The notes beneath the pieces are model-generated. The model did no database searches, had not been told where the DNA came from, and worked only from the letters and a program-made list of their open reading frames with translations. From NCBI GenBank assembly GCA_038087875.1, contig CM075980.1, forward strand, positions 9,982,001 through 10,046,000: a DNA stretch of 64,000 nucleotides, in the 5' to 3' direction. This stretch comes from Malacoraja senta (lineage: Eukaryota). Below are positions 36,106 through 49,208 of this stretch, in pieces (the first letter of the stretch is position 1; every line of letters begins with the position of its first letter). Made by a program: the position numbers and the translations under genes.

Positions 36106-36481
36106 TGTGAAGGAGAAAAAGGGGGATCAAGGGTTAATACGTATGTGACCAGGCGCTAAGTGTTGAAACATTGCATAACTAAATTGCGGAACTATAAGAA
36201 ACTTGCATGGCTTACCTCATGCTGCTAGCTATGGGCTAATTAAGGGGAACTGTTAGACCACGAGAGATAACATCTGGACAAAGGACAGGGCACCGTTAGG
36301 AGAATAAGGGAAGCGACACGAGAACAGAGCAGTACAGAATTTCGACAGGTTCACATATGGGCATGTTGGATATGTACCCAGATTCCCCGTACCAGTGGAG
36401 GAGGAATACCCCTTTTTCCCATACCACTTAGCTCCTGCTCATGTACGCATTAACCCTTGATCCCCCTTTTTCTCCTTCACA
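36106..36481. mobile_element. MITE with long TIRs and TGT...ACA termini (Ginger-like)
   Basis: TIR TGTGAAGGAGAAAAAGGGGGATCAAGGGTTAAT (33 bp perfect, about 57 bp imperfect); no clean TSD. Confidence 0.8.
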
Positions 36482-37465
36482 TCACCACACTTGTTTCTTT
36501 TGACTGATTTGAATCGCAGCCGAACCTACAAGCACCCAGTAGCATCACAAATTAAATCTTTGTATTAAATTATATGCTGAACTACAGTAACACTTTGAAT
36601 ACTTAATCACAGTGAATTTATTTAACTGAACTGCACTGTTGCTCATGGTATTCAGATCACAAAAACACTTATTTAAAGGCGGAAACCTCCATTACAATCT
36701 TTCCAAAGAAGTTACAGTAATGGTTCTGAAAGTATTCTTGTGTACGAGAAGCTCTGTGTTCTATTGTGTTTTCCTGTAATTTATGTTACAAATGTTCCAC
36801 TATGTCTCTTGGCGGCAGTGAATTTATTTTGTTCCTGCTTTTCAGAAGAAGCTGAATGCCAAATTTTGCTCACAAGTGCACGTATTTAAGATGGGAGGAA
36901 AATGAAATTGGCATGTGCCAGTTCCTATCTCTACTGCCGCCTTGTCCATGCACCTTGAAATTAGTATATATAAATGTAGTACTTCAACAGAAAATTGTTT
37001 TCAAGCAACAGGAATGAATAAGCGGATAGGTGGCTGATTGGAAAGTTGTAATTCAGAAGCAAGCTGACAAACTAACAGTTTATATTGTTGATAATAAAAT
37101 GTATTGGCTTTCTGCTTCTTGAAGTCAAACTTCTGATTTACTATGTTGAAGATGATTCTGGAATAGCGATCTTGTAAACATACGATCAAAAGAATATTTA
37201 GTTTTGCAATCAATGGGATGACTTTGACATTTAAAATGAGGGACTGCGCACTGCATTTTTATTGAGTAAAATTGGTCAGCATTGAACTTTGAAAGATGAT
37301 AGAAAGCGGTTTATTCTAAACTGGAGTTCAATTGTCAAAATTAACTGTTACAAGTCCAATAGTTTCAAGGCTATGAGGTGGAATGGTATCAGTCTGTGTG
37401 CACAGTGTCTATATGTTATAGATTGCACATAGTGCAAAGTGAATAGTACATAGTGTGCACAGTGT

Positions 37466-40400
37466 TATAGATATGTGAAGAGAAAGAGATTAGTTAAAAC
37501 AAATGTAGGTCCCTTGCAGTCAGAAACAGGTGAATTGATCATGGTGAAAAAGGATATGGCGGACCAATTGAATAACTACTTTGGTTCCGTCTTCACTAAG
37601 GAAGACATAAATCATCTACCGGAAATAACAGGGGTCAAAGGAGATGGAGGAACTGAGTGAAATCCAGGTTAGTCGGGAACTGGTGTTGGGTAAATTGAAT
37701 GGATTAAAGGCCGATAAATCACCAGGGCCAGATAGGCTGCATCCCAGAGTACTTAAGGAAGTAGCTCCAGAAATAGTGGGCACAGAGACTGGCCCTATTA
37801 CTCAGAAGGGTAGGGAAAAGAAGAGGAGGGCAATAGTAATAGGGGACTCTATGGTTAGGGGGTCGGATAGGCGATTCTGTGGACGCAGTCAGGAGACCCG
37901 GATGGTAGTATGCCTCCCTGGTGCCAGGGTCAGGGATGTGTCTGAACGTGTCCAAGAGATCCTGAAATCGGAGGGAGAGGAGCCTGAGGTTGTGGTACAT
38001 ATAGGTACCAATGACATAGGCAGAAAAAGAGAAGAGGTCCTGAAAGGAGAATTTAGGGAGTTGAGAGGAGAGTTAAGGAGAACGTCCGCAAAGGTAACAA
38101 TCTCAGGATTACTACCTGTGCCACGCGACAGTGAGAGCAGGAATGAAATGAGGTGGAGGATAAATGCGTGGCTGAGGAACTGGTGCAGCGGGCAGGGATT
38201 CAAATTTCTGGATCATTGGGACCTCTTTTGGGGAAGGTGTGACCTGTACAGAAAGGACGGGTTGCACTTGAACCCAAGGGGAACCAATATCCTGGCGGGG
38301 AGATTTGCAAAGGCTACTGGGGAGACTTTAAACTAGAACGGTTGGGGGGAGGGACTCAAATAGAGAAAGATGGTAGAAAATGTGGGAGGCAGGAGGCAGC
38401 GAAGGGAAGCACTCGGACCCAAAATGTAGGGGAGAAAGAAGAAAAAGATAATAAACAGAGAATAAGTGGTGGTGGGTTTCTTAAATGTGTATATTTTAAT
38501 GCTAGGAGCATTGTAAGAAAGGTGGATGAGCTTAGAGTCTGGATTGACACCTGGAAGTATGATGTTGTGGCGATCAGTGAAACATGGTTGCAGGAGGGCT
38601 GTGATTGGAAACTAAATATTCCAGGATTTTGTTGCTTCAGGGGTGATAGAATTGGAGGGGCAAGAAGTGGGGGTGTTGCATTGCTTGTCAAGGAAGATAT
38701 TACAGCAGTGCTTTGGCAGGATAGATTAGAGGGCTCGTCTAGGGAGGCTATTTGGGTGGAGCTGAGAAATGGGAAAGGTGTAGCAACACTTATAGGGGTG
38801 TATTATAGACAGCCAAATGGGGAGCGAGAATTGGAAGAGCAAATATGTAAGGAGATAGCAGATATTAGTAGTAAGCACAAGGTAGTGATTGTGGGAGATT
38901 TCAATTTTCCACACATAGACTGGGAAACACATTCTGTAAAAGGGCTGGATGGTTTAGAGTTTGTAAAATGTGTGCAGGATAGTTTTTTGCAGCAATACAT
39001 AGAGGTGCCTACTAGAGAAGGGGCAGTGCTGGACCTCCTGTTAGGAAATGAGACCGGGCAGGTAAGTGTTGGGGAGCACTTCGGGTCCAGTGATCGCAAT
39101 ACCATTAGTTTCAATATAATTATGGAGCGGGTCAGAACTGGACCTAGGGTTGAGATTTTTGATTGGAGAAAGGCTAACTTTGAGGAGATGCGAAAGGATT
39201 TATAAGGAGTGAATTGGGACATGTTGTTTTATGGGAAGGATGTAGAAGAGAAATGGAGGACATTTAAAGGTGAAATTTTAAGAGTACAGAATCTTTATGT
39301 ACCTGTTCGGTTGAAAGGAAATAGTAAAAATTGGAAAGAGCCATGGTTTTCAAGGGAAATTGGACACTTGGTTCGGAAAAAGAGAGAGATCTACAATTAT
39401 TATAGGCAGCATGGAGTAAATGAGGTGCTTGAGGAGTATAAAGAATGTAAAAAGAATATTAAGAAAGAAATTAGAAAAGCTAAAAGAAGATATGAGGTTG
39501 CTTTGGCAAGTAAGGTGAAAGTAAATCCAAAGGGTTTCTACAGCTATATTAATAGCAAAAGGATGTCAAGGAATAAAATTGGTCCATTAGAGAGTCAGAG
39601 TGGACAGCTATCTGCAGAGCCAAAAGAGATGGGGGAGATACTGAACAATTTCTTTTCTTCGGTATTCACCAAGGAGAAGGATATGGAATTATGTGAGGTA
39701 AGGGAAACAAGCAGAGTAGCAATGGAAACTATGAGATTCAAAGAAGAGGAGGTGCGGACACTTTTGAAAAATATGAAAACGGATAAGTCTCCAGGTCCTG
39801 ACAGGATATTCCCGAGGACATTGAGGGAAGTTAGTGTAGAAATAGCAGGGGCTATGACAGAAATATTTCAAATGTCATTAGAAACGGGAATAGTGCCGGA
39901 GGATTGGCGTACTGCGCATGTTGTTCCGTTGTTTAAAAAGGGTTCTAAGAGTAAACCTAGCAATTATAGACCTGTTAGTTTGACGTCAGTGGTGGGCAAA
40001 TTAATGGAAAGGATACTTAAAGATAATATATATAAGCATCTGGATAAGCAGGGTCTGATTAGGAACAGTCAACATGGATTTGTGCCTGGAAGGTCATGTT
40101 TGACTAATCTTCTAGAATTTTTCGAAGAGGTTACTAGGGAAATTGATGAGGGTAAAGCAGTGGATGTTGTCTATATGGACTTCAGTAAGGCCTTTGACAA
40201 GGTTCCTCATGGAAGGTTGGTTAAGAAGATTCAATTGTTGGGTATTAATGGTGGAGTAGCAAGATGGATTCAACAGTGGCTGAATGGGAGATGCCAGAGA
40301 GTAATGGTGGATGGCTGTTTGTCAGGTTGGAGGCCGGTGACTAGTGGGGTGCCTCAGGGGTCTGTGTTGGGTCCACTGTTGTTTGTCATGTACATCAATG

Positions 40401-42902
40401 ATCTGGATGATGGTATGGAAAATTGGATTAGTAAGTATGCAGATGATACTAAGATAGGTGGTGTGGTGGATAATGAAGTAGATTTTCAAAGTCTACAGAG
40501 AGATTTAGGCCATTTGGAAGAGTGGGCTGAAAGATGGCAGATGGAGTTTAATGCTGATAAATGTGAGGTACTACATCTCGGCAGGACAAATCAGAATAGG
40601 ACGTACATGGTAAATGGTAGAGAATTGAGGAATGCAGTTGAACAGAGGGATCTAGGAATAACTGTGCATAGTTCCCTGAAGGTGGAATCTCATGTAGATA
40701 GGGTGGTAAAGAAAGCTTTTAGGGTGCTGGCCTTTATAAATCAGAGCATTGAATATAGAAGTTGGGATGTAATGTTAAAATTGTACAAGGCATTGGTGAG
40801 GCCAATTCTGGAGTATAGAGTACAATTTTGGTCGCCTAATTATAGGAAGGATGTCAACAAAATAGAGAGAGTACAGAGGAGATTTACTAGAATGTTGCCT
40901 GGGTTTCAGCAACTAAGTTACAGAGAAAGGTTGAACAAGTTAGGTCTTTATTCTTTGGAGCGCAGAAGGTTAAGAGGGGACTTGATAGAGGTCTTTAAAA
41001 TTATGAGCGGGTTAGACAGAGTTGACGTGGATAAGCTTTTTCCATTGAGAGTAGGTTCAAACAAGGGGACATGACTTGAGAATTAAGCGACAGAAGTTAG
41101 GGGTAACATTAGGGGGAACTTCTTTACTCAGAGAGTGGTAGCTGTGTGGAATGAGCTTCCAGTGGAAGTGGTGGAGGCTGGTTCGATTTTATCCTTTAAA
41201 AATAGATTGGATGGGTATATGGATGGGAAAGGAATGGAGGGTTATGGTCTGAGTGCAGGTAGATGGGACTAGGGGGAAGTATTTATTTATTTTTTTAAAT
41301 AAATAAAAAAAAAATTAAAAAAAAGGTTCGGCACGGACTTGAAGGGCCGAGATGGCCTGTTTCCGTGCTGTAATGGTTATATGGTTATATGATTAGTGAT
41401 AATTTTTCAAAACTCTTTAAATTCTGGAGTAGTTCCTGAGGATTGGAGGGTAGCAAACGTAACCCCACTTTTTAAGAAGGGAGAGAGAAAACGGGGAATT
41501 ACAGACCAGTTAGTCTAACATCGGTAGTGGGGAAACTGCTAGAGTCAGTTATTAAAGATGGGATAGCAGCACATTTGGAAAGTGGTGAAATCATTGGACA
41601 AAGTCAGCATGGATTTACGAAAGGTAAATCATGTCTGACGAATCTTATAGAATTTTTCGAGGATGTAACTAGTAGAGTGGATAGGGGAGAACCAGTGGAT
41701 GTGTTGTATCTGGACTTTCAGAAGGCTTTCGACAAGGTCCCACATAAGAGATTAGCATACAAACTTAAAGCACACGGTATTGGGGGTTCAGTATTGATGT
41801 GGATAGAGAACTGGCTGGCAAACAGGAAGCAAAGAGTAGGAGTAAATGGGTCCTTTTCACAATGGCAGGCAGTGACTAGTGGGGTACCGCAAGGCTCAGT
41901 GCTGGGACCCCAGCTATTTACAATTGATATTAATGATCTGGATGAGGGAATTGAAGGCAACATCTCCAAGTTTGCGGATGACACTAAGCTGGGGGGCAGA
42001 GTTAGCTGTGAGGAGGATGCTAGGAGACAGCAAGGTGACTTGGATAGGCTGGGTGAGTGGGCAAATGTTTGGCAGATGCAGCATAATGTGGATAAATGTG
42101 AGGTTATCCACTTTGGTGGCAAAAACAGGAAAGCAGACTATTATCTAAATGGTGGCCGATTAGGAAAAGGGGAGATGCAGCGAGACCTGGGTGTCATCGT
42201 ACACCAGTCATTGAAAGTAGGCATGCAGGTGCAGCAGGCAGTGAAGAAAGCGAATGGTATGTTAGCTTTCATAGCAAAAGGATTTGAGTATAGGAGCAGG
42301 GAGGTTCTACTGCAGTTGTACAGGGTCTTGGTGAGACCACACCTGGAGTATTGCGTACAGTTTTGGTCTCCATATCTGAGGAAGGACATTATTGCCATAG
42401 AGGGAGTGCAGAGAAGGTTAACCAGACTGATTCCTGGGATGTCAGGACTTTCATATGAAGAAAGACTGGATAGACACGGCTTATACTCGCTAGAATTTAG
42501 GAGATTGAGAGGGGATCTTATAGAAACTTACAAAATTCTTATGGGGTTGGACAGGCTAGATGCAGGAAGATTGTTCCCGATGTTGGGGAAGTCCAGGACA
42601 AGGGGTCACAGCTTAAGGATAAGGGGGAAATCCTTTAAGACCGAGATGAGAAACACATTTTCCACACAGAGAGTGGTGAATCTGTGGAACTCTCTGCCAC
42701 AGAGGGTAGTTGAGGCCAGTTCATTGGCTATATTTAAGAGGGAGTTAGATGTGGCCCTTGTGGCTAAAGGGATCAGGGGGTATGGAGAGAAGGCAGGTAC
42801 GGGATACTGAGTTAGATGATCAGCCATGATCATATTGAATGGCGGTGCAGGCTCGAAGGGCCGAATGGCCTACTCCTGCACCTATTTTCTATGTATCTAT
42901 GT
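37466..42902 (+). mobile_element. Outer CR1 LINE (ORF2 pieces 37466-37779 and 41392-42810, then 3' UTR), split by a second CR1
   Basis: KSPGPDRLHPRVLKEVAPEIV|..LVIIFQNSL continuity across the insert; intact 427-aa RT ORF 41527-42810 with FADD; (TCTATG)-type tail. Confidence 0.93.
37780..41391 (+). mobile_element. Inner CR1 LINE, nearly full length: ORF1 SGNH esterase domain, ORF2 APE endonuclease plus RT
   Basis: GDSMVRG/HIGTND/DGLHLN (SGNH); YFNARS, ISETW, GDFN (APE); YADD (RT); one stop at 39203-39205 and a frameshift near 41060; (ATGGTTAT)n tail. Confidence 0.95.
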
Positions 42903-43408
42903 CTAAACAAAGCAATGTGGCAGGCAGTACTAAAGCTGGCAAGAAAAAGATTAAAATGGGCTGTTTTAAGGCTAATTACCGACAATGAATATACGGACAT
43001 CTGGCCTTGCTAGGCGTCGGTGCCCTGAGTGTCCCCAGGTGGTATCTTCAACATGCATGTTAATTGTCAAATTAAATGATTAGTAGACCTTGCTGTGTAG
43101 CTAATGCAAATTGTGCAAGAGTGTCATCTGGAACGTGCAGGAGTCCGGTGTCCCAATGTGTGCTTTACAGCATGTCTAAATGATGAAGGTTAGCATGATC
43201 CATAATTAGTTGAGGGAAAGATAAAGGGTAACAGAGAGTTCTGATGCGTCTATAATTCAAGCACATCATGCTGAAGAGGAGGGAATATCTTTATTGCTGA
43301 CTTATGCACTGATACGACCTGATGAGGTCTGGCTGCTTATTGTCTTTGACCATTTAATTTGGATTTGGGCTTGAAATATGAATTTACCAGACACAAGGAA
43401 CTGTAGAT

Positions 43409-43937
43409 CAGGGGTCCACAACCTACGGCCCCCGGGCCGAATGCGTCCCGTAACCCGAAATCATGCGGCCCGCAGACGTTTTTTTTTTCCTGTAGTCATC
43501 CGGCCTGCAGACTTCCTTCATCTCCAGTACCTCACGAGCCCGAGGCGCGATGACGCAAGGAGGCCCCCGAGCAGGTCTGAGCGGGGCCGAGCGCGCGAGT
43601 TCTGACTGTACCGCATCCTGCGCAAAGCCGCCGGCACGGCCGTGCACCTGTGTCTGGGCTTCACTGTCGGGATCGGGGTTGTCAATAGGCCGGGAACAAG
43701 TGAGTATGGGTATTTGAGCCACCACCTTCAGGACAGAGCCAAGGCAATGGTCCGTAGGTACGCCATGTTCGCGAGCACCCGTAACTAGGAGCCAGTGCTC
43801 CGGGTGGCATCCTTGAAGGGGCGGGATCTATGTGAACACGTGATTTGATGCCTGCTATCCGGGGCGGGATCTATGTGAACACGTGGTAGATGAGGCCCGC
43901 CATCCGCTCACAGACATGCGTCCTGGCCCCTATGGCT
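43409..43937 (+). mobile_element. hAT-like non-autonomous element (left end clear, right end truncated) inserted in a Penelope pLTR remnant
   Basis: CAGGGGTCCACAACCTACGGCCC start with repeated CGGCCC motifs; internal 25-bp direct repeat GGGGCGGGATCTATGTGAACACGTG. Confidence 0.55.
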
Positions 43938-43941
43938 AGAG

Positions 43942-44240
43942 CAACTCAGCAGTTCATGCAGCATCTCTGGAGGACATGGATAGGCGATGTTTCGGATTGA
44001 ATTATATTGCATTCAGTGCTCCTGATGTGGCCTCCTTTACATCGACGAGACAAAGTGCAGACTTGGCAACCTTCGCAGAACACTTGCACTTGGTCAGCCT
44101 CGGCCTGCTGGATCTCCCAGTTGCTAACTGTTTTTCCATTCCCATACAGACCTATCTGTCCTGGGCATGTTCCATTTCCATAGTGAAGTCGCACACAAAC
44201 TGGACGAACACCATCTCACATTTAGCTTGGGTATCGGTAT
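43942..44240. mobile_element. Penelope remnant: inverted pLTR piece plus GIY-YIG endonuclease fragment (+)
   Basis: From 44005: YCIQCS*CGLLYIDETKCRLG, then FAEHL..DLPVANCF (GIY-YIG-like YIGET motif). Confidence 0.78.
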
Positions 44241-44249
44241 CCAGATTCG

Positions 44250-44650
44250 CATGATCTGGATGATGGAATTGATGGCTTCATGGCCAAGTTTGAGGATTAT
44301 ACAAATATGGGTGGAGAGCAGGTAGTGTTGAGGAAGCAAAGAGTCTGCAGAAGGATTTGGACAGGTTGGAAGAGTGGGCAAAAAAGCAGCAAATAGAATA
44401 CAGTGTAGCAAAGTGTACGGGCATGCACCTTGGTAGAAGTTGTAGGCTATTTTCTAAATGGGAAGAGGATTCAGAAATCAGAGGTGCAAAGGGACTTGGG
44501 AGTGCTGGTGCAGCATTCCCAAAATGCTAATTTGCAGCTTAAATCGGTAGTAAGGTAAGCAAAATCAATGTTAACATCAATTTTGAGAGGACTAGAATAT
44601 AAGAGCAAAGACCACATTTGGAATATTGTAAACAGTTCTGGGCCCCATGA
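44250..44650 (+). mobile_element. Degenerate CR1 RT fragment
   Basis: ATGATCTGGATGATGGAATTGATGG..GCCAAGTTTG.GGAT..CTGCAGAAGGATTTGGACAGG. Confidence 0.8.
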
Positions 44651-44998
44651 CAGAGATGTTTAATTATAGTAATACGTTGTAGCTCTTGTGGTCCATGTGT
44701 AATTCAAAGAATTTTCGAACAAGAGTTTACCCTGTGCCAAACTACCCAAAAAGATTAACTGTATACACAAGAACCTATATGTGCTGGAGTCTTGAACAAA
44801 AAACAAACTGCAGTTGGTTGTTTTTGTCCAGTAATTTCCACGTAAATATATGCAAATATCATTCATCTTTGCTTTTATGTTACAAAAATACCAGCACTCC
44901 ATAGGTTATGGAAACATATTTATCAATTTTTTTATGACCACATACTAACAGCATGAAATTTTCTCAGTTTTCAGTTTTAGCTTATTGTCAAGTGTACC

Positions 44999-45661
44999 GA
45001 GGTACAGTGAAAAGCTTTTCTGTTGTAATTTGCCTGTTACTTTGAAACTAAGACTATGGTGGCCAAGCAACTACCATTGAGGAGTTTGCTGCCGAGACAC
45101 TCAATCTCTTTACATCACAGCAAAAGAGAGGTACAGTGAAAAGCTTTTCTGTTGTAATTTGCCTGTTACTTTGAAACTAAGACTATGGTGGCCAAGCAAC
45201 TACCATTGAGGAGTTTGCTGCCGAGACACTCAATCTCTTTACATCACAGCAAAAGAGAAGTGAACCCAACTTGCAGCACTGTAGAATTGAGTAACTCCAT
45301 GCTGAAAGCTTTCTGAATTGATCATGTGTTAAAATATTTGCCTGTTGTAATTTGCCTGTTACTTTGAAACTAAGACTATGGTGGCCAAGCAACTACCATT
45401 GAGGAGTTTGCTGCCGAGACACTCAATCTCTTTACATCACAGCAAAAGAGAGGTACAGTGAAAAGCTTTTCTGTTGTAATTTGCCTGTTACTTTGAAACT
45501 AAGACTATGGTGGCCAAGCAACTACCATTGAGGAGTTTGCTGCCGAGACACTCAATCTCTTTACATCACAGCAAAAGAGAAGTGAACCCAACTTGCAGCA
45601 CTGTAGAATTGAGTAACTCCATGCTGAAAGCTTTCTGAATTGATCATGTGTTAAAATATTT
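44999..45661. repeat. Nested tandem duplication (129-bp repeat inside a duplicated 322-bp unit)
   Basis: GAGGTACAGTG at 44999, 45128 and 45450; 45020-45339 equals 45342-45661; copies appear identical. Confidence 0.95.
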
Positions 45662-46532
45662 ACATTTTGGAAAATACCAAATATTTTCCTTTTTTTGGTG
45701 ACAAGGGTAGGATACACATTTAAACATACTTTTTTAAAGGTTATTTTTAGTTTTTCTTTATATTTTCCATCTACGTACACCATACTTGTTCCTGGGATAA
45801 GATTAACTGCTTTGATATCTTTCTTAATGTGTTCTCCAATCAGCCACTGCAAAGTGTTGATATGTCCTGGATATACGAGGCCATGGCTAGATAGTTAATT
45901 TAAAGTTATAGACAACAAGGAATGATAAACGCTGAACTGCTCAAGTTACTGCTTTGATCTTGTGTCCCTTATCTGATCACTAGACTGGGATGGGGTGAAG
46001 ATGGACTCAAGCCCAGAGGTTTAATTTTTCTGCATGTGTGGGTTGCCTTAATCCCCAACAGTTTATATTAAGTAAACAATTACTTTGTCAGTTGACAGAT
46101 CCACCAAAACTAAAATCAGTCAATCTTATTGACAAAATGGGCTAGCAATTGGAGTGAAAATATTGAAGTAGTTATTTTGTAGTTGAGTTACGAGCAGACG
46201 TGTCCAGCAGAGGTTTGGAAAGAATCAGGTAGATAGCAGGTGTGGCAAGAGTCAGTGAGGCTGAGGATGTGTCTGGTAAATGAGGTCTGGGAAATTTTTC
46301 ATAGTGCAGGTAATAAAGAGAATCACCTGTTGGCTATGGAGACAATGTTTTGCTTTTGGCACACAAACATCAAAGGCTTTTATAATTTCAGCCTTTCTCT
46401 TGTTTCCTTTTATCTGGCAAGTTTTTCAAGGGCACAAGAACCCAGTTGGATGTGGCCAAAAGTAAGATATTTTCTTAACGTTAAATCTCACAGCCTTACT
46501 AATTATTTTTTTTAATGATCAAACCATTCGAG

Positions 46533-47120
46533 TTTAGGTTTTAGGTCTATTATTATCATGTGTACCGAGGAACAGTGAAAAGCTTTGGTATACATGCTAT
46601 CCAAATGGATCAGATATACCAAATATAAATAAAATAGTCAAACTCAGGTACAATAGATAAAGGGGAAGATACAGAGTGCAGAATATAGCATCAGTTCCAT
46701 AGACATACACAATGAGGTATAGGTGAATCAGACAGTACCCCATTATATAGAATGACTGTCAGAGGCCTGGTAACAGAGGGGAGGAAGCTATTCCTCAGTC
46801 TGGGGTGCATGGGATGGGATAAATCTTTGATTATGTTGGCTGCTTATCTGAGGCAGCATGAAGTGTAGATGGAGTCAATGGTGGGAAGTGTGGTCTGTGG
46901 TGGACTGGGTTACATCTACAACTCTCTGCAATTTCTTGCAGTCTTGGTCAGAGCTATTTGCAAACCAAACCAATGTGGTTGTTCCAAGACTGGTCTTGGT
47001 AATATTAACGCCAATGAACTTGAACCCAAGGAACTGTAACGGGAGTATAGTAGGAGACTGAGAATGCACACACTCGTCATGATGCCTCTGTTAAAATTGG
47101 CAGTGGGTGCCACCAAATAT
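46533..47120 (-). mobile_element. Degenerate Rex1/Babar-type LINE 3' fragment
   Basis: FLGFKFIGVNIT..VWFANSSDQDCKKLQRVV; tail (TTTAGG)n..GTACCGAGG.ACAGTGAAAAGC. Confidence 0.7.
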
Positions 47121-47523
47121 TTTTGGTTGCTATTAACTTAGTCACTTTTTATTCCCCTAAGCCTTTTGTGGGGTTAAAATTACACCTGTTCTCTGTTTCT
47201 GTTTACCATATTTTGAGAAAGTGATGGATGTGAGTTTGCTATCAGAGTTGAGATATTTCAGCATGGTGCAGAAATGAGAGAAAGTGCCTTCTCAAGGCAA
47301 ACAATATAAAAGAAAGTAATAGATCAGTTCTTAAATTGTGCAACTTAGCAGATATTGTTTCCACCAGGAGGCAGGCTGAGGAGGTAATTTAAATTAAAAA
47401 GGCAAAATAACTAGGTGGGAATGCGATGGGTTGGGTTTGCAGCATGTTTTTCTATCATTCTATTATTTTAAATGTACTACTTGAAAGCATGGGAAATTGG
47501 TGGTAGTTATCTTTAAAAGAAGT

Positions 47524-47959
47524 GTGTAGGAGGGAACTGCAGATACTGGTTTACACCACAGATAGACACAAAATGCTGCAGTTCGCTCGTGTGTCAGACG
47601 ACGTTCTGCCATCGCTTTGCCACAGCCAGTGCCACATCTGTGCCTCTGCGGAGATCGTCCGCAGTGCATGCCTCTCCGCCGCAAGTCAGTAGGTGGGTCA
47701 TTGTCTGTACCTCGCCACAGTTGCACTTGTCAGAGTCTGAGAAGCTCCACTTCTTCAGGTTGACTCTGCAACGTCCCACTCCAGTGCGGAGGCTGCAGTA
47801 ACTCAGCGGGACAGGCAGCATCTCTGGATAGAAGGAATGGGTAATGTTTCAGGTCGAGTCTGAAGAAGGGTCTCAGCCCGAAACATCACCCATTCCTGCT
47901 ATCCAGTGATGCTGCCTGTCCCGCTGAGTTACTCCAGCATTTTATGTCTATCTTCAATG
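47524..47959. mobile_element. Inverted pair of Penelope pLTR-like repeats with a sense hammerhead-like core (47860-47887)
   Basis: TTTAAAAGAA direct repeat at 47512-47521 and 47960-47969; CTGAAGAAGGGTCTCAGCCCGAAACATC. Confidence 0.82.
47583..47791 (-). mobile_element. Short LINE 3' end (Vingi/RTE-like) inserted in the Penelope repeat
   Basis: 8-bp TSD GCTGCAGT (47575-47582, 47792-47799); peptide LRTGVGRCRVNLKKW..CNCGEVQTMTHLLTC. Confidence 0.75.
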
Positions 47960-48247
47960 TTTAAAAGAAAGTGGACACGAACTTTGAAGAGGTGACAAAG
48001 CGCTAAGATCCACAAGGAATGAGCTGCAAATTAGGTCTAATTAGACACCACTTTCATAGGTTGGCCAAAGGACATCATTCTGTTGCATTTTGTGTTTGGA
48101 TTTATTTTATTTTGCCACCCTTATCCATGTCTGCCCTTTTCCAGCTCTATAAAAAGATAATTCTCAAGTTACAAAAAGATATATAAAATCTACACTAAGT
48201 TTGGAATCTTGCATCGATAGGATTCCTAATTGTAGCTTCTCTCTTAG

Positions 48248-48349
48248 ATTCTCGAGGAGATCACTGAGCATGGAATCAGAGTCTACCAACTACCAGATGC
48301 TGACTCTGATGAGGACGAGGAGTTCAAGGAACAAACCATGATTCTGAAG
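48248..48349 (+). CDS. SEPT2: Septin-2(-like) coding exon: [34 protein letters not shown]
   Basis: ctcttAG acceptor at 48246-48247, GTaaga donor at 48350; 102 nt, phase 0-0. Absent from the ORF track. Confidence 0.95.
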
Positions 48350-49062
48350 GTAAGACATTAATGGTCCACAAATGATCAACATCTTTCCAAAATGATCAGG
48401 TTTGAGTAAGTGGCTCTGAAAAGCAGCTACCAAAGTGGGTAGGTGGAGTCTCCAACTGGATGTTTAGAGTATTATAATTGGATAATTTACTAATTTTGCA
48501 CAGGTTAAAGATACATGCAGACTCCATGTAGGTAAATGATTCAAAGGGGGCACTAAACTGTGTCACCGAGAGTGATTGAATGTCAATTGAAAACCATGTT
48601 ACCGATACACAAGCTCAGAATAGACCAATTTGAGTAGTGTGTTCTGTTTGGGACACAATGTAGAGGGAATGAAATGTCATCTTATGAATAGGATATCAAA
48701 TCACTAAATATGATTACATTGTGTGGAAAGTTTGTGTAGATGAGGCATATATTCTAGCTGAAATGTTCAGGATGATTAAAGGAATTGAAAGGACAGACAG
48801 AAAGAACCAATTTACCCTGATGATAGAATCCATAACTGGAGGTGAAGTGTTATCACAAGTGTTATTTGAAAATTCACAGCTATTACTGATCAAAACTGAA
48901 AATGATAGATTTTGCTGGACATGGGTAAAGGTGGTTGTGAAATAAAGACTGGTTGGTACAATTAAGATGCAGGATCTACTTAAATGGTGGGACAAACTAG
49001 GCAATTAAACTTCTTATCCCTGTCCTTGTGTCGATCAGACCCAAATTTCCTTTTGCTCCTAG

Positions 49063-49208
49063 GCCAGTGTTCCCTTCGCTGTAATTGGCTCCAACCAACT
49101 GATTGAGGTGAAAGGCAAAAAAATCAGAGGTCGCCTCTACCCATGGGGAGTGGTTGAAGTGGAGAACCCAGAACATAATGACTTTCTCAAACTACGCACA
49201 ATGCTGGT
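49063..49208 (+). CDS. SEPT2: Septin-2(-like) coding exon: [49 protein letters not shown] (septin unique element)
   Basis: cctAG acceptor at 49061-49062, GTaagt donor at 49209; 146 nt. Absent from the ORF track. Confidence 0.96.

Noticed and set aside
37644-38336. Novel host esterase gene
   Set aside because: It is a chimera of CR1 ORF2 and the ORF1 SGNH domain of a nested CR1.
39209-42810. Functional or domesticated reverse transcriptase genes
   Set aside because: These are CR1 ORF2 pieces with a stop, a frameshift or 5' truncation and ordinary LINE tails.
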